From the IMG/VR virus record IMGVR_UViG_3300028048_000069, positions 64,001-128,000 of that record: a DNA stretch of 64,000 nt, one strand, 5' to 3'. Shown here piece after piece: positions 30,442-39,822 of the stretch. The stretch is from a virus. Taxonomy: Duplodnaviria; Caudoviricetes. Under the pieces are notes generated by a model. The model made no database searches. It saw only the letters and a list, made by a program, of their open reading frames with translations, and had not been told where the DNA came from. Each line of letters opens with the position of its first letter. The stretch's first letter is position 1. Made by a program: the position numbers and the translations under genes.

Positions 30442-30630
30442 TAGTGGAGTTTATTGAATCATTGGGTCCTAATAATGATGAAGTTAAAATAAAAGAAACA
30501 ATAGAAAATTATACTAAAAATGGTTATAAACTAAAGGAGTTCAAGTATATAGATTATTCAAGGGATAATGAATATTATACAAATAGGTTCATTTTAATCT
30601 TTGATAAATAAGTTTTAGTATAATATAAAT

Positions 30631-30828
30631 ATGCCAAATCTATCCGCCAATATTAGCATATTTATAAACAAATTAGTGTATAGGGAAGAAGGTAATCCGA
30701 TATGCTATACTGTATATAGGGAAAAGAGTATATGGTATAAAATATTTGATACCTTCTTTTTTTGGCAAAATCAGCATTGTAGAAAAGTATATTTGATGAA
30801 GAGGATTCATAATGCTAATAAACAATAA
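30631..30828 (+). CDS. Hypothetical protein
   Basis: Follows a TAGTATAAT -10-like box. Confidence 0.5.
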   Translation: MPNLSANISIFINKLVYREEGNPICYTVYREKSIWYKIFDTFFFWQNQHCRKVYLMKRIHNANKQ

Positions 30829-31414
30829 AAATGTTTTCTTTTATGCAGACCCTCATTTCGGTCATAAAAATGTTATTAGATATTGCAACAGACCATTTAC
30901 TAGCGTAAGTGAGATGAATACCCAACTTATTAAAAATTTTAATAAGGTTGTAACAAATAGTGATGTTGTATATATTTTGGGTGATGTATCATTTTTGAAT
31001 ACCACTAGCACAACTGAGATAGTTAAATCTCTAAAGGGTTATAAGATTTTGGTTAAAGGAAACCATGATAACAAATCCAATACAGCATACCGCAAGATGG
31101 GGTTTATGGAAGTGTATGATAGACCTGTTATTTTCAATATACAATACATTCTTTCCCACGAGCCGATTATTGATGAACTGTACGAGAACTCTGGGTTTAT
31201 AAATATCTACGGACACATTCACAATAACGCGGTTAATAACAGCAATAATAAATTCTGCGTATCGGTTGAATCGATAGATTACAAACCTATTAGTTTTGAA
31301 GATATTAAAACAGAACTTAGAAAGCCGAAAGGGTTGGGTAGTCCGTACTATGTACCTAGATGTGATTTGTTTAGTTATACGGGGGAAATGGATGAAAATA
31401 GCAATTGTAGGTAG
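30812..31414 (+). CDS. Calcineurin-like metallophosphoesterase
   Basis: ADPHFGH, LGD, GNHD, LSHEP, GHIH. Confidence 0.9.
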   Translation: MLINNKNVFFYADPHFGHKNVIRYCNRPFTSVSEMNTQLIKNFNKVVTNSDVVYILGDVSFLNTTSTTEIVKSLKGYKILVKGNHDNKSNTAYRKMGFMEVYDRPVIFNIQYILSHEPIIDELYENSGFINIYGHIHNNAVNNSNNKFCVSVESIDYKPISFEDIKTELRKPKGLGSPYYVPRCDLFSYTGEMDENSNCR

Positions 31415-31952
31415 CCATGGAGTAGGTAAAACATCTTTAATGAATAAAATGGAAAGTGATATATATTTCTGCGATTATACATTTTATCCAGAGGCAGTAA
31501 GAGAAGTGAGTAGAGTTGGATTTCCTTATAATGAAGCAAGTACCGATTGTTCTCAACTCGCTATGTTAGCATTACATCTACTTCATGTGGAAAGAGATAC
31601 TGATATGGTAACAGATAGATTTATTGTAGATGGTTTAATTTACTCACAAATTTTACGATCAAAAGGCTCTGAAATAAGTAAAGATTGTATAGATATATTA
31701 AGAACTTATTGGGATAAATATAAAGATAAAATAGACCTATATGTATATTGTCCAGCAGAATGGGAAATTAAAAATGATAACTTTAGAATGACCGATACCT
31801 ATATGAGAGATATGATTTCTACATTGATGCTCGCGCAGTTATATATGGATATTCCAAAAGAAAAATTCTTAATTGTACATGGCGAAACAGACCAAAGGAA
31901 AGAGCAAGTTAAACAATATGTTAAATCGTTAAGAGGTGAACTAAATGTGTAA
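31392..31952 (+). CDS. P-loop nucleotide kinase-like (AAA_28/NadR-type)
   Basis: IAIVGSHGVGKT, E..R, TDR...D...Y. Confidence 0.75.
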   Translation: MKIAIVGSHGVGKTSLMNKMESDIYFCDYTFYPEAVREVSRVGFPYNEASTDCSQLAMLALHLLHVERDTDMVTDRFIVDGLIYSQILRSKGSEISKDCIDILRTYWDKYKDKIDLYVYCPAEWEIKNDNFRMTDTYMRDMISTLMLAQLYMDIPKEKFLIVHGETDQRKEQVKQYVKSLRGELNV

Positions 31953-32148
31953 ACAATTACATCCCTCATTAGTTATAGATGATGTTATAGAGTTTTTACA
32001 GAGAACAATTGAATTTAATGAAAATTATTTAAAACGTATGCCTGATGGATGTCATAATTCATATGGGGCAGGAGAAGCAATAGGCTGTAAGAATACAGCA
32101 AAAGAAATTTTACATTTAATTGAAACAGGAGAATATCCAGATGATTGA
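31945..32148 (+). CDS. Hypothetical protein
   Basis: Packed ORF. Confidence 0.55.
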   Translation: MCKQLHPSLVIDDVIEFLQRTIEFNENYLKRMPDGCHNSYGAGEAIGCKNTAKEILHLIETGEYPDD

Positions 32149-32425
32149 ACTTACAGAATCAAATTTTAATAAAGAAGTAGTAGAATATAAGGGTAAGGTA
32201 ATAATTGATGTATGGGCAAATTGGTGTGGTAGATGTAAAATGATTAAACCAACCTATGCTCAAAAAGCGACAGAAAATAAAGATTATAAATTTTGTACAT
32301 TAGATGCTGATGCTAATCAAGCCTTATGTGGAGTATTAACTATTACCAATTTACCCACCTTTATCATTTATGAAGATGGTAAAGAAATTAAACGTGGTGG
32401 CGCAGAAGTATTGGAGACTTTATGA
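32141..32425 (+). CDS. Thioredoxin
   Basis: WANWCGRC, LPTF. Confidence 0.88.
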   Translation: MIELTESNFNKEVVEYKGKVIIDVWANWCGRCKMIKPTYAQKATENKDYKFCTLDADANQALCGVLTITNLPTFIIYEDGKEIKRGGAEVLETL

Positions 32426-32643
32426 AATTATTATATTGTTATATAGCATTTGCTTATGGATATGGGTTATATATGATGGGGGAAATCCATGATGAGATAA
32501 GTTATGAATATAGATATGATGTAAATAATTATAGAAAAGCCTTATTTCATAATATATTGATATTTATGATATTTCCTATTATTTGGCCTTTTGTAATTAT
32601 ATGTGGATGGATTAATGATTTAAAAGACATAATTAAGAGGTAA
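32422..32643 (+). CDS. Small membrane protein
   Basis: Two hydrophobic segments; layout similar to 23205. Confidence 0.55.
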   Translation: MKLLYCYIAFAYGYGLYMMGEIHDEISYEYRYDVNNYRKALFHNILIFMIFPIIWPFVIICGWINDLKDIIKR

Positions 32644-32647
32644 TCCT

Positions 32648-33013
32648 ATGGAAATTAATACTTATACTTTAAGAAAAAATAATGATGAGTTTTCAAATTT
32701 AACTGAAAATCAGTTAATGGCTATTGCAAATCTCTGTATGGATTATTATAAAAAAGGCGAAAGTGATGCTATCGATGATGCCTATGAAGATAAGCAAGAC
32801 GAGATAGATGAGTTAGAAGATAAAGTATCGGAATTAGAAGACCAAGTTGAAGAATATAGTAGATTAACAGATAAATATGAAGATTTAGTAAAAGATATTT
32901 ATAGTGCAAATGATATAGAAGAAGCGCAAGGATTGATTAGAGATTTCGCTGACTTTGAAAGATATAATTATAGATGGGAAGATTGGTTAAAAAATGATAA
33001 TAACTCAAAGTGA
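32648..33013 (+). CDS. Acidic coiled-coil protein
   Basis: D/E-rich heptads. Confidence 0.6.
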   Translation: MEINTYTLRKNNDEFSNLTENQLMAIANLCMDYYKKGESDAIDDAYEDKQDEIDELEDKVSELEDQVEEYSRLTDKYEDLVKDIYSANDIEEAQGLIRDFADFERYNYRWEDWLKNDNNSK

Positions 33014-33536
33014 TAGAAATTTCTATAATGCCCAAAAGGATAATTATACCCACATTATTTCTATTGTATGCCCAGATGAAAAAGAAATTGTGGAGCCGCT
33101 TCACGACAAACATTATATAGTAAAAATGTGGGATATAGATAAGCCACTTAAAAATAAGTTTAGAACTTATAACCCACCATCATTTTTAGAAGTTAATTCT
33201 GCTATTGTATGGGCTTGTAAAAGATGGGAAGAAGCGGTAAGAAACAATGAGTTCTATAAATTATTGATACATTGTGATGCTGGTATTAGTAGAAGTCCAG
33301 CCATTCTATTAGGTATATTATGGAAAATGAGCGAACTTGTTTTTAATGAATGTCCTAAAGACTGGATTATGAAATCCTATTTGGATGCGAGAAAACAATG
33401 GTGTATTTCATATTTAGATTGGAATAATTCTATTGCATTGAAACGATTTATTGAAGGTCGATTAAATCCAGGCATAAAACCTAATCAAGCAATATTACAG
33501 ATTTTTAGAAAAGAATTATCCTATTTCCCTTGGTAA
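32994..33536 (+). CDS. Protein-tyrosine/dual-specificity phosphatase-like
   Basis: HCDAGISRS (HCX5R) motif; C-terminal PN. Confidence 0.8.
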   Translation: MIITQSDRNFYNAQKDNYTHIISIVCPDEKEIVEPLHDKHYIVKMWDIDKPLKNKFRTYNPPSFLEVNSAIVWACKRWEEAVRNNEFYKLLIHCDAGISRSPAILLGILWKMSELVFNECPKDWIMKSYLDARKQWCISYLDWNNSIALKRFIEGRLNPGIKPNQAILQIFRKELSYFPW

Positions 33537-33715
33537 CTATGAAAATTAAAAAGGCGCGTAAAATATGGAATATGACTTTAAGAAGTAAATCGTTACATTG
33601 GAATAGAAATACTTTTAGAAAAGCGATGGATATTGCTCATACTCATTTTCTTATAATGAAAATACGCAGACCAAATGAATTTGAAAATATGAAAGATTGG
33701 GTATTTAGGAAATAA
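33530..33715 (+). CDS. Small basic hypothetical protein
   Basis: Packed ORF. Confidence 0.45.
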   Translation: MVTMKIKKARKIWNMTLRSKSLHWNRNTFRKAMDIAHTHFLIMKIRRPNEFENMKDWVFRK

Positions 33716-33717
33716 TT

Positions 33718-34455
33718 ATGTTTGAACTTTATAATGGCGATTGTATTGAAGTAATGAATAGTCTAATACAAAAAGGGACTAAAGTTGATGCCATCATTAC
33801 AGATATTCCCTATGGAACCACTTCGTGCTCGTGGGATATTATCATACCTTTTGACAAGATGTGGAATTGTATTAGAAAAATTAGAAAGGAAAACACTCCT
33901 ACTTTGTTGTTTGGCAATGAGCCCTTTAATAGTTACTTGCGAATATCAAATATCAAAGAATATAAATATGACATTTATTGGCAAAAAGAAAGAGTTACAA
34001 ACATATTTCAGTTAAAGAAACGCCCTGGAAAAATTATTGAGATTATAAATGTTTTTTATGACAAACAATGTACCTATAATCCACAAATGACAAAACATGA
34101 AGGACCATTGAGAAGCAATAAAATCAAAAATGGGAAATTAGGTCTTTTGGTAGATTCGCAGAATAGAAAACCTTTTGAATATAAAGATACTGGGAAACGA
34201 TATCCTTTGCAAATAGTACATTTTAAGAGAGATATTTTATCCTCAAATCTGCATCCCACCCAAAAGCCATTAGAACTGATGAAATATTTAGTAAAAACCT
34301 ATTCCAATGAAAACGATACCATTTTAGATTTTACAATGGGTAGTGGTACTACTGGAGTTGCTTGTAAACAATTAAATAGAAATTTTATCGGAATAGAATT
34401 AGATACTAATTATTTTAATATTGCTAAAAATAGGATAGAAAAATGTTCGAATTAG
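33718..34455 (+). CDS. DNA methyltransferase, N4/N6 beta class
   Basis: TDIPYG, HPTQKP, LDFTMGSGTT. Confidence 0.9.
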   Translation: MFELYNGDCIEVMNSLIQKGTKVDAIITDIPYGTTSCSWDIIIPFDKMWNCIRKIRKENTPTLLFGNEPFNSYLRISNIKEYKYDIYWQKERVTNIFQLKKRPGKIIEIINVFYDKQCTYNPQMTKHEGPLRSNKIKNGKLGLLVDSQNRKPFEYKDTGKRYPLQIVHFKRDILSSNLHPTQKPLELMKYLVKTYSNENDTILDFTMGSGTTGVACKQLNRNFIGIELDTNYFNIAKNRIEKCSN

Positions 34456-34715
34456 ATAGACAAGGTATATGGGAATGTTGGCAATTAGAAGATGATAGTA
34501 TTGTATTAGTAGATTTAATACAAGAGCCACAACCAGATGTTACCCATTATTACGAAAAGAAAATTAAGAAACGATTAGGATTTGCTACAGATAGAAGAAG
34601 TGCAGATAATATGTACCAGCAATTTAAAAATGGTTTTGTTGATAATGAAGTAGAACTTGAACAACATATTGATGATGGAATAAATATTGGCTATTGGAAA
34701 TATAGGAGTAAATAA
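34443..34715 (+). CDS. Hypothetical protein
   Basis: Packed ORF. Confidence 0.55.
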   Translation: MFELDRQGIWECWQLEDDSIVLVDLIQEPQPDVTHYYEKKIKKRLGFATDRRSADNMYQQFKNGFVDNEVELEQHIDDGINIGYWKYRSK

Positions 34716-35099
34716 ATGAGTCCAGATATGTGCCCAGATTTAATTTGCGATTTAGATGCCGAAGATTATTCGTTCACATCTTTAAAATATAAGCAATCAG
34801 ATATAGATAAAACTTTGGCTTATTGTACTAATATGGAATTAGATATTTTAAGAGTAAATAAAGATGGTATTTATGGTTTTTGTTATGGAAAAATAAACTA
34901 CAAACAATCCATTAAATATTGGAGTAGGGAACGAGCCAAATACAAAAAGTTAATGAAGAAACTAAAAGACCATCATTTAAAGGGTTGTAATCAATATAAC
35001 GATTATGAACATTTATATTTTAATGCAGAAGATATGATGAACCAAGTAAGGTTTATGCGTAAGAATAAGTATCAAGAATATAAGTTAATGGTAAATTAA
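34716..35099 (+). CDS. Hypothetical protein
   Basis: Packed ORF. Confidence 0.55.
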   Translation: MSPDMCPDLICDLDAEDYSFTSLKYKQSDIDKTLAYCTNMELDILRVNKDGIYGFCYGKINYKQSIKYWSRERAKYKKLMKKLKDHHLKGCNQYNDYEHLYFNAEDMMNQVRFMRKNKYQEYKLMVN

Positions 35100-35236
35100 A
35101 TATGATTTATTATATACCTTATAATTGCTGTACTTTTGATAGTGCTTTAGAAGGATTTATAGCAACATTATTAGTAATAGGTTTTTTAGTTTGGGTTCAT
35201 TATAATAGATAATCAAATTTAAGTGAATAACTTAAA

Positions 35237-35266
35237 CCCACTTCGGTGGGAATTTTCCCGAAAGGG
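35237..35266 (+). other. Twin tetraloop hairpins CCCAC-TTCG-GTGGG and CCC-GAAA-GGG in an intergenic leader
   Basis: C(UUCG)G and GNRA loops in a GC island within AT-rich DNA. Confidence 0.6.
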
Positions 35267-35290
35267 CTAGAAAGAAGAGAGAAGTAAAGT

Positions 35291-35851
35291 ATGTTAAATA
35301 AAAATGCAATAACAATAGTAACACCAGCGTATCTTCCCGCAGAGGAATATACATTAGATGAAGCAATAAACTTTTTTATTCGAGAATTAGATAGAAGAGT
35401 TTATTGTGTTTATAATGTAGTTCAAGAAGTAGAAGAGGCTCATCTAAATGGGATGGAAGTAACATTAGATTCAGCAAAACATGCTGAATTTATTAAAAAG
35501 AATATGTATTCAGTAGGATTTTATAAAGCCATAGATTCTGCTGCTTACTTATGTAAAACATCCGATAATAGACCTGTATTTAATAATTATAGGTTTAGTA
35601 TCAATCCTAAAAGCATCAACTTTGAAAGTTGTATCAGTGATATAAAAGAAAGATATTTATACCACGATAAACCATCATTAGAAGAATGTGAACATGGACC
35701 AATTCCAGAAAATAAATCAAAAAAAGTTTGGACTATGAAATATATACCAAATTGGGAAGATTTATTTGGTAAAGGAGAATTTCCATTTATTCATATTGTC
35801 TTATTTAGATTAGGCAATAACGAATATTATGGCGCAGAGTTCACAAGATAA
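35291..35851 (+). CDS. Hypothetical protein
   Basis: 186-aa ORF flanked by structured intergenic elements. Confidence 0.65.
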   Translation: MLNKNAITIVTPAYLPAEEYTLDEAINFFIRELDRRVYCVYNVVQEVEEAHLNGMEVTLDSAKHAEFIKKNMYSVGFYKAIDSAAYLCKTSDNRPVFNNYRFSINPKSINFESCISDIKERYLYHDKPSLEECEHGPIPENKSKKVWTMKYIPNWEDLFGKGEFPFIHIVLFRLGNNEYYGAEFTR

Positions 35852-35880
35852 TATTTTCCAGCTTCGGAAACATTGAACTA

Positions 35881-35912
35881 TTATTGGGTGGTTAATAGCG
35901 ACCACCCAATAA
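35881..35912 (+). terminator. Stem-loop TTATTGGGTGGT/ACCACCCAATAA
   Basis: 12-bp perfect inverted repeat. Confidence 0.7.
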
Positions 35913-35916
35913 ATTA

Positions 35917-35946
35917 TTGACTTTTTGTACAAAAATTTAGTATAGT
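35917..35946 (+). promoter_or_regulatory. Sigma70-like promoter TTGACT-N18-TATAGT
   Basis: Directly after the hairpin; AAGGAGGT RBS downstream. Confidence 0.6.
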
Positions 35947-35979
35947 ATATTTGATGGGATTATAAAAGGAGGTAGTACA

Positions 35980-36186
35980 ATGATTATTTCAAATACCTGT
36001 GTAGTAACATTAAGTCAATTATTAGAATGGCAAACAAAGTTATTGCAAACACAAAAAGAAGCTTTAAATATTGCTGTTAAAGAAAATAATGAAACAGTAA
36101 AGGCATTTTATATTAATAACTCTGAAGTTATTCAGAATCAATTAGATTTACTTAATAGACTAATTGAACAAGCGAAGGTAGCATAA
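35980..36186 (+). CDS. Hypothetical helical protein
   Basis: Strong RBS. Confidence 0.65.
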   Translation: MIISNTCVVTLSQLLEWQTKLLQTQKEALNIAVKENNETVKAFYINNSEVIQNQLDLLNRLIEQAKVA

Positions 36187-36390
36187 ATGACAGTAAAGTT
36201 ACCTATTGATATGCCTAAAGATTGTTGGCATTGTAAATTCGCGCAGAAAAATTTAGTTACCGAAACTAGTACTTGTTGGCTAATATTCTTATTTAGAAAA
36301 TATGTATGGGATCCTCCCTGTTTTATTCAAATAGGCGAGAAGGATGCAGAATGCCCTTTAATAGAGGTAGAAGATGATACTAATAAATAG
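36187..36390 (+). CDS. MPKxCxxC...CPL family small Cys protein
   Basis: DMPKDCWHC...C...CPLIEV. Confidence 0.7.
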   Translation: MTVKLPIDMPKDCWHCKFAQKNLVTETSTCWLIFLFRKYVWDPPCFIQIGEKDAECPLIEVEDDTNK

Positions 36391-36803
36391 TTTGATATGT
36401 ATATTAAGTCTTTTGGCAATGATGGTAGTTACAGTATTAATTGCTTGGCCTATGCTACTTCTTATAGGAAAGTATTGTAAATGGTGTTACGAGAAAATAA
36501 TTGGTACAGATCCATACGAGGAATACGATGATAGAAGATATTAAAAGCAGATGCAGTGAAAGTTGGGGTTTCAGATGGATTTGACTTATTTTGACCTATT
36601 GGCATTACTAATTTTATTATTATTTATTATTATGATGCCTATTGTGATGTTGTTATTTAAGGAGGAATAATGATAAGTATTTATGGGGAAAATGAAGAAG
36701 TATTTATTAGAACGACCTATAATGGTAAGTACTATCAAATAGATGATGGTTCTGACTATTTATTAAATCAAATACATATTATATTACAAAATGGCGGTAA
36801 AAT

Positions 36804-37544
36804 ATGGAAATAAATAACTTTTATCAACTTGAAAATTTATTAGAATTTAAAGAAGGTTCTTATTATAAATTTATTGCCTTGATTAGAGCCAAAGATAATT
36901 CTGGTGTTATTGATACAAAAGAACGCGGAGAAATCTTTGTAAGACAATGGTTCGTAGATAGTAATCAATCTTTATTAAAGTATAGAGAAGATATGATTAA
37001 TCTCTGTAAAGCCACAGGCGCTAGATTATATGTTACTACAGATAGAAAATCTGTAAAGAAAACAGTATTTAAAATGTTAGAGCAATTGAATGATATAATT
37101 AAACAATTTGTTTTCAGTTCATATGCTTGCGTATCTTTAAGAAAATTATCTAAATTTAGTTCATCTGCATCTTCTTTAGCCGAATGTAGTGATGGAAATA
37201 AATATTGGTTAATTGATATAGACGATAAAGATGGAATAGGCGACGATAAAGTAAACCAACTCTCACAAGATTTTGAATATATATTTCCTGATAAAAAGAT
37301 TATTAGATTCAAAACAGTTAATGGTTGGCATCTTTTAATTAAAAGAGATTTTGATTATAGAGCAGAATTTGCTAAACGATGGCAAAAAGCTAAAGATGGT
37401 CTAGAAGATCAAGATGGAATGAAACGTTTATTTTATATTCAACAAGAGGAAGTATTTAGACGATTATGGAGATATAGAAGTAATTATGAAGATAAAGAAA
37501 ATGCTTTAACACTTGTATATTTTAATAACGAGGCAACAAAATGA
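36804..37544 (+). CDS. Hypothetical protein with AEP/prim-pol-like motifs
   Basis: WLIDID and KTVNGWHL resemble AEP motifs I and II. Confidence 0.45.
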   Translation: MEINNFYQLENLLEFKEGSYYKFIALIRAKDNSGVIDTKERGEIFVRQWFVDSNQSLLKYREDMINLCKATGARLYVTTDRKSVKKTVFKMLEQLNDIIKQFVFSSYACVSLRKLSKFSSSASSLAECSDGNKYWLIDIDDKDGIGDDKVNQLSQDFEYIFPDKKIIRFKTVNGWHLLIKRDFDYRAEFAKRWQKAKDGLEDQDGMKRLFYIQQEEVFRRLWRYRSNYEDKENALTLVYFNNEATK

Positions 37545-37723
37545 TACAGATAAATATGGAAATGCCGAAAAGTTGCTATGCCTGTAAGTTTCTTAGTGGT
37601 ACTTATGGTGAACATTTTTATTGTATGCTAAATGAAGAAATCAAATTAGAGATACAAGAACGAATTTATCAATACTCAGATAAAAGGCATCCGCATTGTC
37701 CCCTTCAGGAAGTAAAGGAGTGA
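37541..37723 (+). CDS. MPKxCxxC...CPL family small Cys protein
   Basis: EMPKSCYAC...C...CPLQEV. Confidence 0.7.
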   Translation: MIQINMEMPKSCYACKFLSGTYGEHFYCMLNEEIKLEIQERIYQYSDKRHPHCPLQEVKE

Positions 37724-37726
37724 TTT

Positions 37727-37912
37727 ATGAGTGTAGAAAAGTTTATTAAAATGTTTATTCTTTGTATTGTATTGTTTGGCTTATTTTTAATTGGCATTGG
37801 CGAGTGTTTGGACTATATATCTTGTAAACAAAAAGCAGAATTTTACAAAAATACTTGGATATATGTTTATAAATTTCCTGCTGGATGTTTAATGACACCT
37901 ATAAAGGAGTGA
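37727..37912 (+). CDS. Small membrane protein
   Basis: N-terminal TM. Confidence 0.55.
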   Translation: MSVEKFIKMFILCIVLFGLFLIGIGECLDYISCKQKAEFYKNTWIYVYKFPAGCLMTPIKE

Positions 37913-38095
37913 GAGTATGAAATCATATTATGTTGTAATGGAAAGTGAACAGAGGTTTGGTCAGACTATTCGTAAATCGTTTTTTCATAAGGCGCTGAAT
38001 GATGTGCGTCTTGTAACAGAACTACAAAGGGATAATCCTGGTTATATGATTTTATTCTTTAAGGAGTTAGACGTTGTGTATGATGGAGAGAAATA

Positions 38096-38404
38096 ATGAT
38101 TAAATTAACGGTATGTTTTCCTTATGAAACTGAAGAAATAAAAGATCCATTTCTTAATACACATTGGTATAAATGGAGAGAAAGAGAGGAATATTTCAAT
38201 CCAGATTATATTATTAATTTTAAAGCGTGTAATCATACCACAAAAGATTTGCAGAAAATGTGTTTAAATGATGAAAATTTTAATACTGTAATGTTTGTAA
38301 ATGGTTTTAAAGATATTATTAGAATTAAAGAAACGCCAAAACAAATTGTAAAATTGATTAGAGGAAAACAAATATGGAAGAAAGATGCCCTAGATGTAAA
38401 ATAG
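38096..38404 (+). CDS. Hypothetical protein, FlbD-like pattern
   Basis: MIKLT...FNPDYI...IKETPKQI. Confidence 0.45.
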   Translation: MIKLTVCFPYETEEIKDPFLNTHWYKWREREEYFNPDYIINFKACNHTTKDLQKMCLNDENFNTVMFVNGFKDIIRIKETPKQIVKLIRGKQIWKKDALDVK

Positions 38405-38487
38405 TTATGCATGAAAATGAAGTAGGTCAATATGTTTGCCCATTATGTAAATTGGCCAGGTGGAATTAAAATTATAGGGGGATAATT

Positions 38488-38931
38488 ATGCCAAAAATAA
38501 TGATAAAAGGAATGAAAATGCCGAAAAGCTGTAGAAAATGCCCTTTTACAGCATATATACAACCAGAAGATTATAGATGTGTTATAACAGATCAAAATGT
38601 ATTCTTTGTTAAAAAGGATGAAAGGGATTTAATATGTCCATTATGTGAAGTAAATGAGAGTGAGGATATGAAATTAGCTTGGCTACCTGAAGGCGAAGAT
38701 AAAAGATACTGCTTATTTTTAATAAAAGATGATGGGGTAAAGATAAAAATTAAAGACCCAAAATACATGGAAAATAATAAAACTTGTACTAATTGTATTC
38801 ACTATAAAGTAGACGAAATAAATACAGTTGATAAAAGTAATCCGCGTGGTATTTGTTATGCTTTACCAGTAACAACTGTCGTTCGCCACAGAGAAATGCC
38901 CTGTATTTATTATAAAGAGAAAGAGGACTAG
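38488..38931 (+). CDS. MPKxCxxC...CPL family protein with an extra C-terminal Cys domain
   Basis: KMPKSCRKC...C...CPLCEV, then CTNC...C...C. Confidence 0.7.
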   Translation: MPKIMIKGMKMPKSCRKCPFTAYIQPEDYRCVITDQNVFFVKKDERDLICPLCEVNESEDMKLAWLPEGEDKRYCLFLIKDDGVKIKIKDPKYMENNKTCTNCIHYKVDEINTVDKSNPRGICYALPVTTVVRHREMPCIYYKEKED

Positions 38932-38935
38932 GACT

Positions 38936-39100
38936 ATGGCAGAGTTAAAACCGTGTAAAAAATGTAAAGAAAAAAATGATTTATGTGTAATACGAGAAGA
39001 TTACCATTATGCGTATGTTAAATGTCTTACTTGTGGCTATATTGGGCCAGATGCTTCAAACGAGAAAGAAGCCATAGACGCTTGGAATAAGAGGAGTTGA
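38936..39100 (+). CDS. Lar-family restriction alleviation-like protein (54 aa), absent from the ORF track
   Basis: ELKPCKKC...VKCLTCG...EAIDAWNKR. Confidence 0.7.
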   Translation: MAELKPCKKCKEKNDLCVIREDYHYAYVKCLTCGYIGPDASNEKEAIDAWNKRS

Positions 39101-39103
39101 GGT

Positions 39104-39322
39104 ATGTATTGGACCACTAGAGAAGGCAAAAAGTTAAAAATAAGCGAAATGGAAACTAACCATATTTATAACTGCATCCGTCTTATGGATAGACAAATGG
39201 TAGCGGCTATGAATAAGGCTATGAACAGGAATGACGAGTGCTATGCCGAACCACCAGAAAGTTGGGTGCAGACCTATCAAGCATTAGCAGATGAATATAA
39301 CAAACGGAACAAAGGGAGTTGA
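39104..39322 (+). CDS. Hypothetical phage protein
   Basis: WTTREG...ISEMETNHIYNCI. Confidence 0.6.
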   Translation: MYWTTREGKKLKISEMETNHIYNCIRLMDRQMVAAMNKAMNRNDECYAEPPESWVQTYQALADEYNKRNKGS

Positions 39323-39442
39323 TTATGCTATGGCCTAAATTTGGAGAGCCGATACGAAAAACACCAAAAGAGTTAGGTGAAGAAGCAGGTAAAAAACTAG
39401 CAAAAAAACTGATAAAATTGATATGGAACAAAAGGAGTTAGT

Positions 39443-39676
39443 ATGACAATATATATACCAGAACATGCTATTATTTTTACTTTGCTTTGCGTTTTCTTTG
39501 TTGGCGGCCTTTTTGCAGGGGTTGTTTTGTGCCATCAAAGAGATGAGTTTTTGAAAGAGCCAACAAAACCTACATACAAACAACTTAACGAGATAGCACG
39601 TATGCTGGGTTTTAAGGTCAGCATACACAGAATTAAAGAAATTATTGCTCGTTGGGAGGAAACAAAGTATTTATGA
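39443..39676 (+). CDS. Small membrane protein
   Basis: TM segment, AGGAG RBS. Confidence 0.55.
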   Translation: MTIYIPEHAIIFTLLCVFFVGGLFAGVVLCHQRDEFLKEPTKPTYKQLNEIARMLGFKVSIHRIKEIIARWEETKYL

Positions 39677-39822
39677 CAATACCTACAAAAGAGCAGATTG
39701 AGCATATTAGAAAAAATATACCCACTTTTGTATGTGAATTTGATGTGGAGTGTATTCCTACTTCAGAAGTTATAGAAAAAATTATTACCGAGTGGGAAAA
39801 GATAAGGAGAAAACAAAAATGA
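39673..39822 (+). CDS. Small hypothetical protein (49 aa), absent from the ORF track
   Basis: ATGA overlaps on both sides; PTKEQ...IITEWE resembles the C-terminus of 39443. Confidence 0.55.
   Translation: MTIPTKEQIEHIRKNIPTFVCEFDVECIPTSEVIEKIITEWEKIRRKQK

Noticed and set aside
35009-35020. ACATTTATATTT copy of the late motif
   Set aside because: Lies inside CDS 34716..35099, has a mismatch and is not near a start codon; likely chance in AT-rich DNA
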